Positions 61,804-64,000 of a stretch of DNA of 64,000 bases are shown here, piece by piece. A model generated the notes under the pieces. It was not told the origin of the DNA, searched no databases, and saw only the letters and a list, made by a program, of their open reading frames with translations. The position numbers and the translations under genes were made by a program. The stretch is taken from positions 3,195 through 67,194 of the forward strand of contig JAADHH010000095.1 in NCBI GenBank assembly GCA_013151955.1, given 5' to 3'. Source of the stretch: Chloroflexota bacterium (GTDB lineage Bacteria; Chloroflexota; Anaerolineae; Ardenticatenales; JAADHH01). Position 1 is the first letter of the stretch. Every line of letters starts with the position of its first letter.

Positions 61804-63285
61804 TCACTCTTGCAGCAGTGTGATGGCTGCTTGCAAGCGTTGCAACACCCGTTCCCTCCCCAATATGTGAATCGTGCCAAAGAGGGGGGGCGACACCTTC
61901 TTGCCGGTGACGGCCACGCGAATTGGGCCAAAAAAGGCGTTGGGCTTGAGCTGCCTTCCGGTAACGACGGCCCGCAAGGCTGTTTCCACGTCGGTCTCCG
62001 CAAAGGTGGGGAGAGAAGCAAGCGTTTGGTAGGCCAAATCCAGCAGTTGCCGGGTTTGATCCACGGTCTGTTTCTTGCCGACCAGATCGTGGGGGGTAGG
62101 GTGGACTTCCGGGACGAAGAAACTGTCAACCAAGTCAACGGCGTCGGGCAGACGCTTGATGCGCACCCGAATGAGTGGTACCAACGCGCGCAAGGTATCC
62201 ATATCCGGGGATAGTCCCGCGTCGCGCAGAACAGGGAGCAGGCGGGCCGCCAAATCATCCACGGGCATCGTGCGGATGTACTGACCATTCATCCAATCAA
62301 GCTTTTCATAGGAGAAGGCAGCGGCGGATGGCTTCACCTGGTCCAGGTCAAAATGATCGATCAGTTGTTGGCGGGTGATGATCTCCGTGTGATCGTCGTA
62401 GCTCCAACCGATCAGGGCCAGGAAGTTGAACAGGGCCTCCGGCAGGTATCCTGCGGCGCGAAAATCTTTCAGATGGACGTAAGCTTCGCGATTGCCGGCC
62501 AGTTTCTTGCGTTTGCTCATTTTCCCTTTGCCGGAGGGGTCCAAAATGATCGGCAGATGCGCGAAGAGGGGCGGCGTCCACCCAAACGCTGCGTAGAGTT
62601 GCACATGTTTGGGCACGCTGGGCAACCATTCATCGGCACGCAGGACGTGCGTGATGGCCATCAAATGATCATCCACGACGTTGGCCAGGTGGTAGGTCGG
62701 AAAGCGGTCCGTTTTGAGCAGCACAAAATCATCGAGCGTCTCATTCTGCACGACGATGTCCCCCCTGATCTGGTCGTGGAATCGAGTTTCCCCTTCCAGC
62801 GGCATTTTGAAGCGTACGACTGCTGTCTCTCCCCGCGCTTCGCGGTCCCGTCTTTGCTGCGCTGTCAGCCCGCGACAGCGGCGGTCGTAGCCGGCCGGTT
62901 CTTTGCGTGCCTGCCGTTCTTTTCGCATTTGGGCCAGGCGGTCGGGAGAGCAGAAGCATTTATAGGCATGGCCCTCCGCAATCAGTTGTTCGGCGTATCG
63001 GCGATAGATATCCGTCCTCTCAGACTGGAAGTAGGGACCGTAGGGGCCACCGGCTTCCGGGCCTTCATCCCAATCGAGGCCCAGCCAACGCAAGCCACTC
63101 AGCAGGTCGTCCAACGCATCCTCCTGGTAGCGTGTGCGGTCGGTATCCTCGATACGGAGGATGAACTGCCCGCCGTAGTGCCGGGCAAAGAGCCAGTTGA
63201 ACAGTGCCGAGCGGGCACCGCCCACGTGGAGATAGCCGGTGGGACTGGGTGCAAACCGTACACGTGGTCTTTGTTCTTGTTTCAT
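61804..63285 (-). CDS. gltX: Glutamyl-tRNA synthetase
   Basis: ORF to 63453 runs into repeats; trimmed to ATG 63285: MKQEQRPRVRFAPSPTGYLHVGGARSALFNWLFARHYGGQFILRIEDTD (HIGH region); 'KMSKR' (KMSKS). Confidence 0.95.
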   Translation of the reverse strand: MKQEQRPRVRFAPSPTGYLHVGGARSALFNWLFARHYGGQFILRIEDTDRTRYQEDALDDLLSGLRWLGLDWDEGPEAGGPYGPYFQSERTDIYRRYAEQLIAEGHAYKCFCSPDRLAQMRKERQARKEPAGYDRRCRGLTAQQRRDREARGETAVVRFKMPLEGETRFHDQIRGDIVVQNETLDDFVLLKTDRFPTYHLANVVDDHLMAITHVLRADEWLPSVPKHVQLYAAFGWTPPLFAHLPIILDPSGKGKMSKRKKLAGNREAYVHLKDFRAAGYLPEALFNFLALIGWSYDDHTEIITRQQLIDHFDLDQVKPSAAAFSYEKLDWMNGQYIRTMPVDDLAARLLPVLRDAGLSPDMDTLRALVPLIRVRIKRLPDAVDLVDSFFVPEVHPTPHDLVGKKQTVDQTRQLLDLAYQTLASLPTFAETDVETALRAVVTGRQLKPNAFFGPIRVAVTGKKVSPPLFGTIHILGRERVLQRLQAAITLLQE

Positions 63286-63309
63286 GTCTCCCCTTGATTT
63301 GATACTTTC

Positions 63310-63390
63310 GTATCTTCTCAATATTTTGGGGGAATGTGCTCCCCCCAGAATTGAGGCCCGGGGGGCGCTCCCCAAGTTATTGAGATGATA
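63310..63390 (+). mobile_element. MITE, shared-TIR superfamily, truncated type-A core (copy A5)
   Basis: GTATCTTCTCAATATTTTGGGGGAATGTGCTCCCCCCAGAATTGAGGCCCGGGGGGCGCTCCCCAAGTTATTGAGATGATAG. The right TIR is degenerate, and there is no TSD. Confidence 0.75.
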
Positions 63391-63582
63391 GGCGCTTAGG
63401 GCGTCAAGATCGACAACTTTTTGTCGATGTTTCTGTAGGACACAGATTCTCACAGAAAAACAGAGATAAAACTTTCAGAAAAATCTGTGTGCGAAGCCCG
63501 TGTAAATCTGTGTCCCCTGTCCTTTTGTCAACTGCCCCGTCAGGGGCCACATTTTCTGAGCGAAGTCTCGGACAATGCGTAG
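63391..63582 (+). repeat. Family C repeat, copy C4 (subtype b, uninterrupted reference copy)
   Basis: GGCGCTTAGGGCGTCAAGATCGACAACTTTTTGTCGATGTTTCTGTAGGACACAGATTCTCACAGAAAAACAGAGATAAAAC...GAGCGAAGTCTCGGACAATGCGTAG. Confidence 0.88.
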
Positions 63583-63591
63583 ATACTTTCG

Positions 63592-64000
63592 TTATGCGGG
63601 CAAGTGCGCAAACGCATCGCGCAGATGCCAGCGACGTTGCCAGCGGTAGGTGGGATGTGGAGCAAAGCGGCGGCGGACATCCTCCGGCCGCACGTTGCCC
63701 AGGATGTTCATCCGTGCGACATCCCCCACTCCCATTCCCATCGCCATGCAATACTGCAAATACCCTATTTCATGCGGATCATAGCCCATCAAATGGCTCG
63801 TCAGCGCGTCTGCTGCCAACCAGTCGCGGCTGGCCACAGCGATGCGCCAATCTACGGCCTGTCCATCGGCCGGCCCTTCTCCTTCCATGCCCTGGAAACC
63901 GTCAATCACGCTCAAATGGGGATAGACGTGAGGTGCCAGGCAGGCCAGGTTTAGATTCATGACCCCGAATCCTTGGTGCATAGCGGCCTTGTCGCTTCGT
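63592..64000 (-). CDS. DUF362 domain protein, C-terminal part (gene starts beyond right edge)
   Basis: The frame stays open upstream of the track's Met (...RSDKAAMHQGFGVMNLNLACLAPHVYPHLSVIDGFQGMEGEGP...). 'IAVASRDWLAADALTSHLMGYDPHEIGYLQY' fits DUF362 C-termini from memory. Confidence 0.65.
   Translation of the reverse strand, partial: RSDKAAMHQGFGVMNLNLACLAPHVYPHLSVIDGFQGMEGEGPADGQAVDWRIAVASRDWLAADALTSHLMGYDPHEIGYLQYCMAMGMGVGDVARMNILGNVRPEDVRRRFAPHPTYRWQRRWHLRDAFAHLPA

Noticed and set aside
61614-63297. ORFs 61614..62288 (minus, other frame) and 62353..63297 (plus).
   Set aside because: They overlap gltX, which carries HIGH and KMSKS motifs, and have noise-like composition. 61614..62288 also begins in repeat fragments.
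1-64000. I looked for a defence island, prophage, toxin-antitoxin, retron/DGR or biosynthetic cluster as the 'novel system'.
   Set aside because: I saw no reverse transcriptase, nuclease/helicase defence signatures, integrase, capsid or terminase genes, TA-sized gene pairs, or PKS/NRPS/RiPP genes. The unusual content is the Tad accessory set, two domain fusions, and the repeat landscape.

Overview
High-GC chromosomal segment (about 58-60% by eye). Its gene content and order fit a filamentous Chloroflexota-type bacterium, but that taxonomic call is inference only. I support 49 protein-coding genes.

Gene content, left to right:
- An envelope glycosylation cluster: DUF2723-like, GT2, DUF2079 and GT39/PMT-like membrane proteins, plus an orphan FtsX permease.
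- An orphan flp pilin, then cca, and sucD / M20 peptidase / sucC.
- rplY, followed by a complete cell-shape and division block: mreBCD-mrdA-minCDE-rodA-cmk.
- A LysM lipoprotein.
- A GNAT / Cys-rich protein / GT39-like operon.
- An ald / CoA-transferase / 2-oxoacid dehydrogenase E1 alpha-beta cluster.
- A secreted beta-propeller-lipase.
- A CaiB-type CoA-transferase / thiolase / acyl-CoA synthetase operon.
- A 14-kb Tad/Flp pilus operon ending in DUF192 and comF.
- An MtaD-like amidohydrolase fused to a CYTH-like domain, a FapA/DUF342 protein, gltX, and a partial DUF362 gene.

I found no rRNA, tRNA, CRISPR array, transposase, integrase, phage gene or recognisable defence gene.

Two things stand out:
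1. The Tad locus has unusual accessory genes. These are a 1174-aa TadE-anchored vWA protein with two tandem copies of a module I cannot place, a Kelch propeller, a His/Asp-rich TadG-like protein, and translationally coupled DUF192 and ComF. The pilin gene lies 34 kb away, and no prepilin peptidase is present in the window.
2. Nearly every intergenic gap is filled by small repeats of at least five families. One is a MITE superfamily with a shared ~22-bp terminal inverted repeat (TIR), 8-bp target-site duplications (TSDs) and one clear nested insertion. Another is a set of heptamer-phased 'CGTNNNN' arrays whose unit copy numbers vary between loci.

All family assignments come from reading the translated sequences. 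No database search was run.
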